A stretch of 64,000 bases of DNA from Strigamia acuminata. Its lineage: Eukaryota. Positions 1 through 10,070 of the stretch are shown in pieces. The stretch lies in the NCBI GenBank assembly GCA_949358305.1, contig OX442314.1, positions 20,150,001 through 20,214,000 on the forward strand, in the 5' to 3' direction. Under the pieces are notes generated by a model. That model worked only from the letters and a program-made list of their open reading frames with translations. It did no database searches and was not told the DNA's origin. Position 1 is the stretch's first letter. Every line of letters starts with the position of its first letter. The translations under genes were made by a program, and so were the position numbers.

Positions 1-31
1 AAACAATCCAGATATTCAGAAATTTGGCACG

Positions 32-265
32 TATACTCAAAACCACCACAACGTTGACCTGACTCTAGCCGTAGCACTGGTGTAGTGGCACAAAAAAGTA
101 GCCCATAACACCAGAATTGTAATCGAACTCCAGACATTGTGATCGATTACCAACACAAAAGTGATGCCTTGACACAGAACTACTTTTCTGCATAGTAGAG
201 CACAGTCCACAGTTAAGCGTAGTTTGGCTCGGGAATAGGTCAACGTTGTGGTGGTTTTGAGTATA
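32..265. mobile_element. MITE (non-autonomous TIR DNA element, TA-flanked, Tc1/mariner-superfamily-like)
   Basis: Perfect 29-bp inverted repeat TATACTCAAAACCACCACAACGTTGACCT (32-60) / AGGTCAACGTTGTGGTGGTTTTGAGTATA (237-265), with a short interior and no credible ORF. Confidence 0.8.
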
Positions 266-682
266 GGGTCAGTTTTATTATATTTTAAAGGAATTGAATT
301 ATTCCTTTCCTCCTCTTTTCTTCTAGTTAGTCTAAAATCTGTAGGGATTTTGGCCTAATGTTTAGCCAGTAAATCGGCAGACCAATGTTTGCTGTCTTTG
401 CAAATCTTTCTTCCAAACTTCTTGTAGTATCCCAATTCTGTGTTCACACAAATCGGGTTCTACAACCCCTATTTTGTTAAATTCTTTTAATGACAAATCA
501 CTTTGCCCAGTTTCGGCGGTAAAATTTATTTGAAGTTCACTTTTAATATTCTTGGGGAAAATATACCTCTTTTTCTGGCCTCTTCACAGCCTTTCAACCC
601 GGTTGTGGCAGTTACCATCTCAAAATAGATAAAAAAGGTTCTTTTCAATTCCGGCATTGACACCTCTGTTTGTAAAGGAATT

Positions 683-1006
683 GATAATAACCGCGCAATA
701 ATGAAACGTGTAAAAGTGATAATTTGGTAACACTTGGCAGCAACATCCAAAAATAAGCGCAGGGTGAATAACCGCGCAAACCAAAACTGACTACTTGATT
801 AACCACGCAAAGTGCAAAAACGGAATAAAATACCGCGCAAACAATAGCTGAATAAACACGCAAGAAGAAGAAGAATTGAATAACCGCTGAATGATTCTTT
901 GAATAACCGAGGAATTACAAATTGAATTATCTCGTAATTACAAATTGAATAAAAGCTGAATGATGAGTTGAATAAACGCGGAATGACTGTTTTGTTGAAT
1001 TAAAGC
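683..1006. repeat. Degenerate ~23-bp tandem array (GAATAACCGCGxAA.. core)
   Basis: About 11 units; GAAT-initiated units recur at 878, 901, 924, 947 and 970 (23-bp period), with looser copies upstream. Confidence 0.6.
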
Positions 1007-1307
1007 CCGTCGCGCATTACACAAATGCACACATGACATTACACGTACTGCTAGGAGTATAAGTATGGACTGCAGAACAACCAAGAATTCGTGCCGTGGC
1101 GTTTGTTTAGTTTATTGGGTTGAGTTACAGCTAGGGTTTCTTTCAACCCGGTATTTACCGGTATCAAAAACCGGTATTTTTTGAAGAAATACCGAATACC
1201 GAATACCGTCTTTAGTTCGGTGTTCGGTACCGGTTTTTATTGTGAGAAAAATATGGTAAACACTGCCGAAATATTTCATTTTAGGGATGGAAATTGTTGT
1301 TGTTGCA

Positions 1308-1531
1308 TGTAGTTGAAATAAAGACGAGGTTGCTTTTTAAACATACAATAATAGCCGTTTTATTTGCGGCGACGCACTTGTCTGAACTGCGACAAGATCG
1401 CTGCGTGCGAGACATAAGAAAATACACATGTGACGTTTAGAGAGTATTTACATTTTGGTGATTGATACTCTCTGGTGTCAATTGATACAATTAAACGAAA
1501 TATACATGTTATTACTCAAAAAATCTCTACA
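1308..1531 (-). repeat. 3' LTR of the copia element (224 bp)
   Basis: Termini TGTAG...CTACA, immediately preceded on the minus strand by the purine tract GGAGGAGAAT (1532-1541), about 66 bp after the pol stop. Confidence 0.8.
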
Positions 1532-1597
1532 ATTCTCCTCCGATTTTTTACGTAATTCAGTTTACAATAAATATTATTCGATTCACAATATTTATCT

Positions 1598-3898
1598 TCA
1601 TATCAGCTGTAGATCCTTCAAACATCTGTCAATCTTCGGCTTCGTCAACGCTTTGGTCAGGAAATCCGCCTGCATCTTCTCGCTGGGGACATGAATTAAC
1701 TTGATGCCATTGCTCTTCAACTCTTCTCTTACGTAATGGAACTTCCGATTAAGTAATTTAGTGCTGAGTTTTTGGGCTGCTCCTTTTAGAAGTTGAATGG
1801 CACCGGTATTGTCATTATACAGCGTTTTCTCCCGATTGACCGTTGTTTCCTTTTGAAGTTCTAACAGTAAATAGTCCGTCCATATTAATTCTTTTAACGC
1901 CTCGGTAATTGCATTTAGCTCACTCTCTGTGGCGGAGAGAGCTACCGTACGTTGCTTAGTACTCCTCCAGTTTATCAAACTTGTACCATGTTTAATGACG
2001 TAGCCAGAAAAAGATTTCGCATCTTTTCCGGTGTCCCACGATGCATCTGCATGAGAACAAACATCTCCTTCTTCTCTTCGATACAGCAATCCACGTCCTG
2101 CCGTCCCTTTGATATAGCGGATTACGCGTTTGATCGCCTGTAGATGTATTTTCCTTGGGTCTTTATTAAATTGAGACAAGGCGCTAACGGCGAAGCTCAC
2201 ATCCGGTCTTGTCCCCGTTGATAAATACATCACAGATCCTATCAACTCCTGATAGAAAGTTGGGTTGACTTGTGGGCTATCTTGAAAAACATCCAACTTT
2301 TGATTCGGATTCAACGGCGTGATCGCTGGGTTGCAATCTTCCAAACCATACTTGTGTAATAATTTCTTTATGTACTTGCATTGGCTTAGGAAGATGCCAT
2401 CGTCACGTTGATCAACCTCGATGCCAAGTATGAAAGACAATTCGCCTAGATGGACGAGTTCTATTTGTTTCGATAGCTGGTCCATAATGCACTTTTTAAA
2501 CTCTGGTGTTGAGGCTAAGGTAACAATATCGTCCACATAAAGTCCTAAATAAAGAAAATCCGTTCCCCTTCTTAAGATAAATAGGCATGGGTCGCACAAC
2601 GACTGTTTGAATCCCACTTTCTCTAATTCTTTGCGCATCTTCTTACGCCAACAGAGTCCATTCTGTTTCAGGCCATAGATGCTTTTTAGAAGGTGGCATG
2701 TCTTTCCTTTCTTGTTACTTGAATATCCCAACGGCTCGTTCATATAAATGGTTTCCTTTAACTTCCTGTGGAGATAGGCAGTTTTCACATCGTCTTGTTC
2801 CAGTGTAATTCCCATCTTTGCGCCGATGTTAATTAACATTCTCAACGTTTCCATTCGTATGACTGGCGCGTAAGTTTCGTGATAGTCAGTGCCAGGTTTT
2901 TGGGAATATCCACAAGCTACTAAACGAGCTTTGTATGTTTCTATTTTCCCACTCTTGTCGGGTTTAGCTCGGTAAACCCATTTACATTTAACGGGTTTTG
3001 CTCCCTTCGGTAGGTCCACGACTTCCCAAACTTCATGCTGTACCATGGATCCCATTTCGCTGTCCATAGCAGCTATCCATTGTTCCTTTTGTGGAGATTG
3101 CATAGCTTCTTGGTAAGTGGAAGGAACAAGAATTTCTGCTCTGTATGCTGTGTGTTTATGTCCTTTGTTGCCCCTTTTTCTCTTTGAACGTCTCAACCCT
3201 GGGGTGGTTGTGGGGTTGGGTTCTGACAATTTTCGCTTTCTCTCTTCTTCTGCTCTTTTGGAACGACGTAATCTAGATGGGCCTGCTTGATTGTCGGAAA
3301 TTGTCTGTTTTCGTTGCTGCAAAACCGCTTTTGTCGTTCCTTTTGGACGACCCCTTTTAGGCTTCTGTTGCTCCTCTTCCTCCGGTTCTGACGACGATTC
3401 TGACTCCTCATAATCCTCTAACTCCGATTTATGTTCTACATACTCCTCTGAGCTCGAGGCAAAGAAGTCCGGCGCTGACCCAAATGATTCATTATCGTCC
3501 GCTTCGTCTTCTGAGGCAGTGGCAATTTCATCTTTATGTGAAAGTGGAGGTCCGATATTCATCTCTGTTCCTCCGCATCCCTTGTCTGGGGATAATAGAT
3601 GAAAACCTAATTTGTCCTCTTCAAAGACAACATTGCGTACTTCCTTCACGGTTTCTGTTTCGGGAATAAATATTCTATACGCCTTCCTGTGCTGCGAATA
3701 ACCGACAAATATTCCCTTCTCTGTTTTGGAATCAAGTTTCGATTGTTGAAATTTTGGCTTCAAAATGTGTGCGACGCAACCGAATCGTTTTAAGTATTTT
3801 ACTGTCGGCACACGATTTGTCCAAATCTCCTCCGGACTCTTATTATGTACTGATGTCTTGCAGTAATTTCTACTATGTACAGCAGCGTGAACTCCTTC
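1598..3898 (-). CDS. Copia pol C-terminal part (integrase end, reverse transcriptase, RNase H), separated from the upstream ORF by a 1-nt frameshift
   Basis: GIFVGYS, YKARLVACG, IYGLKQ, YVDD, HADASW, ADFLTK motifs; the frame is open from GAA at 3898. Confidence 0.95.
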   Translation of the reverse strand, partial: EGVHAAVHSRNYCKTSVHNKSPEEIWTNRVPTVKYLKRFGCVAHILKPKFQQSKLDSKTEKGIFVGYSQHRKAYRIFIPETETVKEVRNVVFEEDKLGFHLLSPDKGCGGTEMNIGPPLSHKDEIATASEDEADDNESFGSAPDFFASSSEEYVEHKSELEDYEESESSSEPEEEEQQKPKRGRPKGTTKAVLQQRKQTISDNQAGPSRLRRSKRAEEERKRKLSEPNPTTTPGLRRSKRKRGNKGHKHTAYRAEILVPSTYQEAMQSPQKEQWIAAMDSEMGSMVQHEVWEVVDLPKGAKPVKCKWVYRAKPDKSGKIETYKARLVACGYSQKPGTDYHETYAPVIRMETLRMLINIGAKMGITLEQDDVKTAYLHRKLKETIYMNEPLGYSSNKKGKTCHLLKSIYGLKQNGLCWRKKMRKELEKVGFKQSLCDPCLFILRRGTDFLYLGLYVDDIVTLASTPEFKKCIMDQLSKQIELVHLGELSFILGIEVDQRDDGIFLSQCKYIKKLLHKYGLEDCNPAITPLNPNQKLDVFQDSPQVNPTFYQELIGSVMYLSTGTRPDVSFAVSALSQFNKDPRKIHLQAIKRVIRYIKGTAGRGLLYRREEGDVCSHADASWDTGKDAKSFSGYVIKHGTSLINWRSTKQRTVALSATESELNAITEALKELIWTDYLLLELQKETTVNREKTLYNDNTGAIQLLKGAAQKLSTKLLNRKFHYVREELKSNGIKLIHVPSEKMQADFLTKALTKPKIDRCLKDLQLI

Positions 3899-5765
3899 AA
3901 GCCCAAAATACTTTCGGCAGTTTCAACTCCAAAAGCATGGTCCTCGCTGCTTCCATAATAGTGCGGTTCGCCCGCTCAGAAATCCCATTACTAGATGGCG
4001 CATATGCAGTCGTGAATTGATGCTTGATTCCTTTCTTCTTGAAGAAATCAGCCAATGTGGAAGCTATGAACTCTCCTCCGTTGTCGCTTCTTACTTTCTT
4101 CAATTTATGGCCAGTTTGCACTTCTTGTTGCGTAATAAAGTTCTGTAATTCCTCCAAAGTTTGACTTTTGTTTTGTAGTATCTTGACAAAAATTTTTCTG
4201 CTTAAGTCGTCTACAATGGTCAAAACGTAATTCCCATCCGAGTATGATGGAGGTTCGATTGAACCCATTAAATCGAGGTGCAGTAATTCAAAAATTCTCG
4301 TTGATTGCTGCCCTTTAACCGCACTGTGTGGCTTAGCTGCCGTCTTCCCCCTTACGCACGCTTCGCACGTAGTAATTGGCGAAATTTTCATGTCTAAACC
4401 GCGTACAATTTTTCCTTGATACATCTCAGCTAAAGTGCGATGATTAACGTGAGCCAAACGTTTGTGCCACAAATCCTGCGACGCAATTTGTGCCTGTTGT
4501 GTCGCGTTCTTCTTCTTTTTCTCTTTTACGACAAAGCTATCTCCTCGTCGATGCGCTTCCATTACAATTTCATCCTTAGGACTGATGACCTGTACCACAT
4601 TATTCATAAAAAGCACTTTACACCCGCTGTCTACAATCTTTGGAACCGACAATAAGTGCGTATTTAATTTGGGCACGAAAAGTACATTTTCCAGTTTTAC
4701 TTCTGCACGTTCCAATTGCAATGATATTTTACCTTTACCTGTCGCCTCTAATTCAGTCCCCTCGCCTGCTAAGCCAACCTTCTGATCCTCGTGTTCAAAT
4801 TGGTTGAATCTGTCTTTATCTGAAGACATGTGGCTTGAAGCGCCAGAATCCAGTAACCATTCAAGCAAAATATTTGCGTATTCCGGCTCCTTTTGCTTCT
4901 GAAATACGTGAAAGGTGAACTGGGGTAGAGGGAGATCAATTGCTACCGCGGCCGCTTCTTTCTTCGGTGTACCTCGCCCCCGAGTAGACGGTTTGGACTT
5001 CTCTTCAGTTCGTCCTTTCTCTTCTTTTGGACGCCAGCAATCTCGTGCATAATGTCCAGGGCGATTGCAGTTATAACACTTGAAGTTACTCTTTTTCCTT
5101 GCTTTGTATGCGCTCTCAGATGCACTTTCTCGCCCAAAATCTTGGTTTCCGCGTCGATGTTCGCGTTCTTCTTGCTTGAGTTGTGCGCAGACATCATCCA
5201 AAGTGAGTGCTTTGTTCGCTCCTAATGCTTTCTTCATTACATTAAATTCCGATTTTAATCCATGTAAAATGTATGTCATTTCTCTGTCGGAAAGAACTTT
5301 GCCTAGTTCTGCACTCTTTGTTGCGAGAGCTTCGGATCGGTCCATATATGTGTCTATATCTTCGCTCTTGCCCATCTTTAATTGCGCAAGTTCAAACGTT
5401 AAATCAATTTTTTGATCTTCTATGCGGCCAGCCATGTGCGTTTCAATCTTTTTCCAGAGCTCTTTGGCGTTCTCTTCCATGCTGTACCGCATCGCTTGTT
5501 GGGTTGACAATGTTAAAGCGATGATTGTTAGTGCCTGAGAATTCTTTTTGTCCCACGTTTGCCATTTTACAAGGTCGTCGGCGTAATTTGCTGCTCCGAC
5601 TTCTGGTTTAGCGGGACCGTCATCAATGATAGCTTCTTGCCAAATTTCCTTCACTTTGAGTATTCCGCGGACTTTCATTCTCCACAAGAAATAGTTGGTG
5701 TTTGTAAGTTTTTCAACTGTTGCCATGTTTCCAATTCCCGAATCCGTCGCCATTTTTTGCTGCAC
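3897..5765 (-). CDS. Copia gag-pol N-terminal part (Gag, CCHC knuckle, aspartic protease, integrase N-terminus and core)
   Basis: CYNCNRPGHYARDC zinc knuckle, WLLDSGASSHM protease motif, LWHKRLAH...CEAC, and integrase motifs LHLDL / RSDNGGEF / NGISERAN. Confidence 0.95.
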   Translation of the reverse strand: MQQKMATDSGIGNMATVEKLTNTNYFLWRMKVRGILKVKEIWQEAIIDDGPAKPEVGAANYADDLVKWQTWDKKNSQALTIIALTLSTQQAMRYSMEENAKELWKKIETHMAGRIEDQKIDLTFELAQLKMGKSEDIDTYMDRSEALATKSAELGKVLSDREMTYILHGLKSEFNVMKKALGANKALTLDDVCAQLKQEEREHRRGNQDFGRESASESAYKARKKSNFKCYNCNRPGHYARDCWRPKEEKGRTEEKSKPSTRGRGTPKKEAAAVAIDLPLPQFTFHVFQKQKEPEYANILLEWLLDSGASSHMSSDKDRFNQFEHEDQKVGLAGEGTELEATGKGKISLQLERAEVKLENVLFVPKLNTHLLSVPKIVDSGCKVLFMNNVVQVISPKDEIVMEAHRRGDSFVVKEKKKKNATQQAQIASQDLWHKRLAHVNHRTLAEMYQGKIVRGLDMKISPITTCEACVRGKTAAKPHSAVKGQQSTRIFELLHLDLMGSIEPPSYSDGNYVLTIVDDLSRKIFVKILQNKSQTLEELQNFITQQEVQTGHKLKKVRSDNGGEFIASTLADFFKKKGIKHQFTTAYAPSSNGISERANRTIMEAARTMLLELKLPKVFWA

Positions 5766-6299
5766 TTAATAATGGATAACCGGATCAAAATACTATTTTT
5801 AATTTGAATCAATTCGATACTTAACTTCAGTTGTGCCTTGTAAATCCAGGCACACAAAATTCACGAACAATCCCTGATTGCGGTTGTTTTCCCCGCACGT
5901 TTCGTCTGTATTTCGTCTTAATCGCTTGTCGTGCACGCTGCTTGGCTGTACACCGTCGCCCGTACGTCGTTTTTGCGTCTTGTACGTATCGTCGACGTTC
6001 ACGAATCGTTTTCCTTCGTCTATCAAATCGTTCGCACCGCTAATCGGAAATTTATACTTTACTAAGCTTAAATTGGGCTTATATTGCTTTTCTAGCCGCC
6101 CTAAGAGTCAGTCTTTCGAATTTTGAAATCAGCAGATTACTCTTCTGCTAGAATTTCCTTCTACCATTACAATAAACCGATAGATTTACCTTCTAGCGAA
6201 TTCGCGAACACTGTTTTAAGTCGCTACAAAATGCCACAAATAACATCATTTATTTGTTGATGTTATATAATTGCAAATTTTACGAAGATATGACGTAAA

Positions 6300-6610
6300 A
6301 TACTAATTGTATGAATAACAAATAAACGATGTTACTCTCCCACCCGTTTGGAGACCTCAACCTGTAACATTGATATTAGTTACAGTACCGGTATTTCTCT
6401 AAATAAATGATTTCAAAGATTGAAATTGAAATTGAATGATTTAAAGAAATAATTTTTGGATTTATTTTCTTCAGCAAGAAACTAAAAGTTTGTGGAAGTT
6501 CGCAGTTAAATCTCATCGTAATAATGTCTTTATTTGAATAAAGGATTGTTATTAAAATAATAAAGCTGAATGTTAATAAACTGGTCTGATTATTTTTTTA
6601 AAAAAACTGA
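6300..6610 (+). pseudogene. Orphaned last intron/terminal exon/3' flank of a further copy of the secreted-protein family
   Basis: Colinear similarity to 10240-10505 (TGTATGAATAACAAATAA..GATGTTAC..CCTGTAACATTGATATT..TTCTTCAG..GTCTGATTATT). Confidence 0.5.
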
Positions 6611-6996
6611 TGCCCACATACAGCACGCCCCCTGGCAAAAGTTTCTTTAAAAGTACTGAATTAACTTTGACAAACCATAAATAACATCACTTATTTGTTA
6701 TTCATACAATTAGTATTATATGTCATACGTCATATCTTCGTAAAATTTGCTATTTTTAGTGCATATTTTTATTTTTAATACCATAAAATGGAATTTTTAG
6801 TGCATATTTTATGTGCATAAAACGAATTTTATTTTACATATATATCCGAGATCTAAATATTTCGAATGATTTAGTATTGATGCTATAACTTTGTTATTAA
6901 ACCAACTATATCAAATTTGATTCAGGATACACTCATAGAAATAAAAATATGATTTATGTTTGTTATTACAGAATTAAACACGTATTAACTGTTACT

Positions 6997-7062
6997 GAAA
7001 TTAATGTCCATATTAAAATTTCCTTTGTATAAAAGCACATTAAATCAAAGTGAATTTAGTGT
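6997..7062 (+). promoter_or_regulatory. Conserved upstream block of the tandem family (copy A), including TATAAAA at 7028
   Basis: GAAATTAATGTCCATA...AAAAGCACATTAAATCAAAGTGAATTT recurs at 17311-17376 and in diverged form at ~21299-21331, each just upstream of a signal-peptide ATG. Confidence 0.65.
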
Positions 7063-8434
7063 GCTATATTATCATGTTGTAAGAGTCACTAGGATGAATA
7101 CAAACATAATTTTTATTTTTTTGATTGTTTTCATTGAAGCAGTGATAGAAGTAATGATTAATTGATTCGATATTATTTTCAGATTTTTTTTGCTTTTTTT
7201 GCGGAATTTTGATTGTTTTATTTTCATTCTGTGTGTGAATTTAATTGTTTTTTTTTTCAGGGAAAATCCCACTACGCACATACAAATGGAAGACTCGAAC
7301 ATATACTGCAGGGTAAGTAAATAAAATCACGGACTAACTGTAGTCAGTAGGCGCATTCATAAAATTAATTTTTAAACTCTAAACCTGCACTTTTCCTAAA
7401 TTAAATCCAAAACTGACTGCACTCAAAACATGTTTTAACAGTTATTTAACTTATTCAATGTGGAGTTTTGTTTCAGCGATTACTTTGCTACTTTTGAGGC
7501 GCAATTGCAACAATTGTTCAAAATCATTTAAAAAAGATTCAAAAATTCAACGATTCCATAAGAAATCACTCATTAAAATTTGTGGACAACAAATATCAGC
7601 TTTCTAACGGCAGCAGTCATTTTTTTATTCCTGACCTAGAACTCAATCTGAAATCCCTGATCAAGTTAAACAATCATTTTATCGTTAAGCAAATTGCATT
7701 CATAAACAAGACATTACATCTATTACATTCTTGTAAGACAAAAGTTTAGACGAAAATGAATTGAATGCTCCTAATCAATGAGGCATCAAATGAACAAATT
7801 TGGGATGATGCTCAAATGGCTAAATACCTAATGGCAAAATTATGTGTTACAGCTGAAGTGGTGTTATATTCGGATTTTTCAGCAATGTTTCACAAATTGC
7901 AGTTTTTAAAGAAACTCGAATACAACACCATGGTGTTATTTTTGGGTGAAGACGGTAGCCATTCACCATCAAAACTTGAATATATATTTACAATTTACAA
8001 AACATTTTGTGTATTTTCTTTAAAATAATTATGACAAACTTGAAGACATCGACGACTATTTAGAAAGACATCCACACCACCATAATCATCACCACGAAAA
8101 AACTAAAACTGCTAAATGGCCAAGACCCAGAGGCGATGTAAGGCAAATACAGTCACAGTCAATACCTGATAAACCTTAACTATAAATCACACCCACCAGA
8201 ATCTATATCAACGGACGAGCGATGCTGACAGAGTGAATGCAACAGTAGCATACTATAAGACAAAGAAATTGCAAAAAATTCTTCTTCAAGCCCTAGAAGA
8301 AAATGACAGTTATGGATACCCAAAGAAAAAAATACATTTCAATCCAAACTCTCAAAACATATTTGGAAGAGAACTAAAAAATGTAGAAGGTAGGTTGCAC
8401 TGGTGGACACCTCGCCACCAGTGTCTGATAATGA

Positions 8435-8629
8435 TACAGTCGAACCTAGTTATAACGAACCGCAATATAACAATTTTTTTTTCGTTTTAACGAATACTTA
8501 AAAATGGCTTGGTTGGTTGGTTGGTTGGCCATTGATCGCCATGTTAGAAAATTTTGATATCAAACTTTTATTATAACAAACAGAGTTTTCGGGTCAATTG
8601 CCGATTCGTTACAACAAGGTTCGACCGTA
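8435..8629. mobile_element. MITE (TA-CAGT termini, pogo/Tigger-like)
   Basis: TACAGTCGAACCTAGTTATAACGAA / TTCGTTACAACAAGGTTCGACCGTA inverted repeat (3 mismatches in 25). Confidence 0.75.
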
Positions 8630-8728
8630 TTGCCATCAGTTTAATCAACTTAAGAATCAAGTAATATACAGTAAATGCTCCAAATTTAAAATCTTAAATA
8701 CCTGTAGATTCAAGTTCTGATTCCGATT

Positions 8729-8835
8729 CAGCTGAATTGACTCATGGTCAAGAACAACAGCAAAAGAAACATCATCACTCAACAGCTGAATTGACTCATG
8801 GTCAAGATCAACAGCAAAAGAAACATCATCACTCA
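8729..8835 (+). repeat. 54-bp tandem duplication encoding AELTHGQ[ED]QQQKKHHHS x2
   Basis: Units start at 8729 and 8783 and differ at one internal base. Confidence 0.9.
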
Positions 8836-9409
8836 GCACTCGCTGGGTCAAATAAGGGAAATGAGAGAACCAAACAACTTCAAACTTCAGGAGGTGGATT
8901 TAACGCAAATATCAATCAGAATAATGCATTCTCTCCCACTTTTGGAAATTTGGGTAGCATAGGCCACATTGGATAAACAAAATATGAGGGTAAGCGCAAA
9001 ACCTCAAAAGGGCGACGCTCAAAAGAGCGACAGATTCTCTTTTTGCGACCGTCATAAGATCGACCGATCAAAAGATCGACAGTTTAAAAGAGCGCCGGAT
9101 CAAGAGAGCGCCGGATCATAAGAGCGCCGGATCAAGAGATACATTAAAACGGGAATACTTCGCAACGACGTATCGAAATAGTGGTACGTCGCTCGTACAA
9201 TCAGTCGCTCTCTTGCAGTATGTCGCTCTTGTGATCAGTCGGTAGCCAAACATATACACACACCGTGTTCATGTGTGTATGCTTATACTGTATAATGACA
9301 TAATCCCAATGGAGGAGTATGACATAGAATGACTACGACGCAAAAAAAAAACCTAAGTTATTTATATCATGTGCCAACATGGCTGAAGAAGACCACTAGT
9401 TCTGTGTAA

Positions 9410-9620
9410 ATAAAATTAAATAAACTCCAAGAAAATTAAATAAAACAAAGAAAATTTAAAAAAATCAACGAAAATTAGTAAACTAAATCAAAGAAAATTA
9501 AATAAAACAAAGAAAATTTAAAAAAATCAACGTAAATTAGTAAACTAAATCAAAGAAAATTAAAGAAAATCAAAGAAAATTAAACTAAATCCAAGAAAAT
9601 TAAACTAAATCCAACAAATT
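9410..9620. repeat. A-rich ~20-bp minisatellite (AAGAAAATTAAA.TAAATC) with a higher-order ~62-bp duplication
   Basis: Direct reading of the tandem units. Confidence 0.75.
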
Positions 9621-9662
9621 GCAACAAAATAAATTGCCAAATAAATGTACCAAAAAATTACC

Positions 9663-10070
9663 TATACTCTGACCAACTGTAACTTGGGCCTATTTCCCAT
9701 TGGATGAGCCTTTTCACTTGTGTAGAGATACCGGTACAAAAAAAAAATCAAACCACCACAATTGCATTACAATGTACAGACGTAATCAATTACCTATCCT
9801 AGAAAATGGTTTGCTTTCCAGACAAAGCAAGCAATAAACTGAAAAAACATGAATGTTGAAATAAACCAGCATAATCTTTATTTTATGACTTGCAGATACA
9901 CTTTCTGATAAAATACAAACAATATTACATCATTTCAATGATAAAAATAATAAAACAAATTTAAAACCAAACTGAACTATTTTTCCTGGTGGTAGCACAC
10001 AGACCACAGTTAGGAGTAATGAGGCTCATCCAATGGGAAATAGGCCCAAGTTACATTTGGCCAGAGTATA
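9663..10070. mobile_element. Nested MITE with 49-bp TIRs (TATACTC termini)
   Basis: 9663-9711 vs 10022-10070 inverted, 2 mismatches; same terminal TATACTC as the 32-265 element. Confidence 0.85.

Larger units (their letters stand above)
1308..6230 (-). mobile_element. Ty1/copia LTR retrotransposon, 5' LTR missing
   Basis: gag-PR-IN-RT-RNaseH domain order; 3' LTR at 1308-1531; polypurine tract adjacent; no second LTR copy seen upstream of gag, so the 5' boundary is approximate. Confidence 0.93.
7094..8976 (+). pseudogene. Secreted low-complexity protein family copy A (His-rich), probably disrupted
   Basis: Exon 1 7094-7150 MNTNIIFIFLIVFIEAVIE|gtaatg; exon 2 7261-7312; His-rich segment at ~8047-8176 (DDYLERHPHHHNHHH) ends in TAA 8177-8179 and a frame break; a later exon 8708-8976 carries the family GGGFNANINQNN motif. 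Confidence 0.6.

Noticed and set aside
683..1006. CRISPR-like repeat-spacer array
   Set aside because: The repeats are short and degenerate, the tails are related to each other, there are no cas genes, and the context is eukaryotic
6130..6235. tRNA primer-binding site of the copia element
   Set aside because: No convincing TGG-initiated tRNA complement next to an LTR
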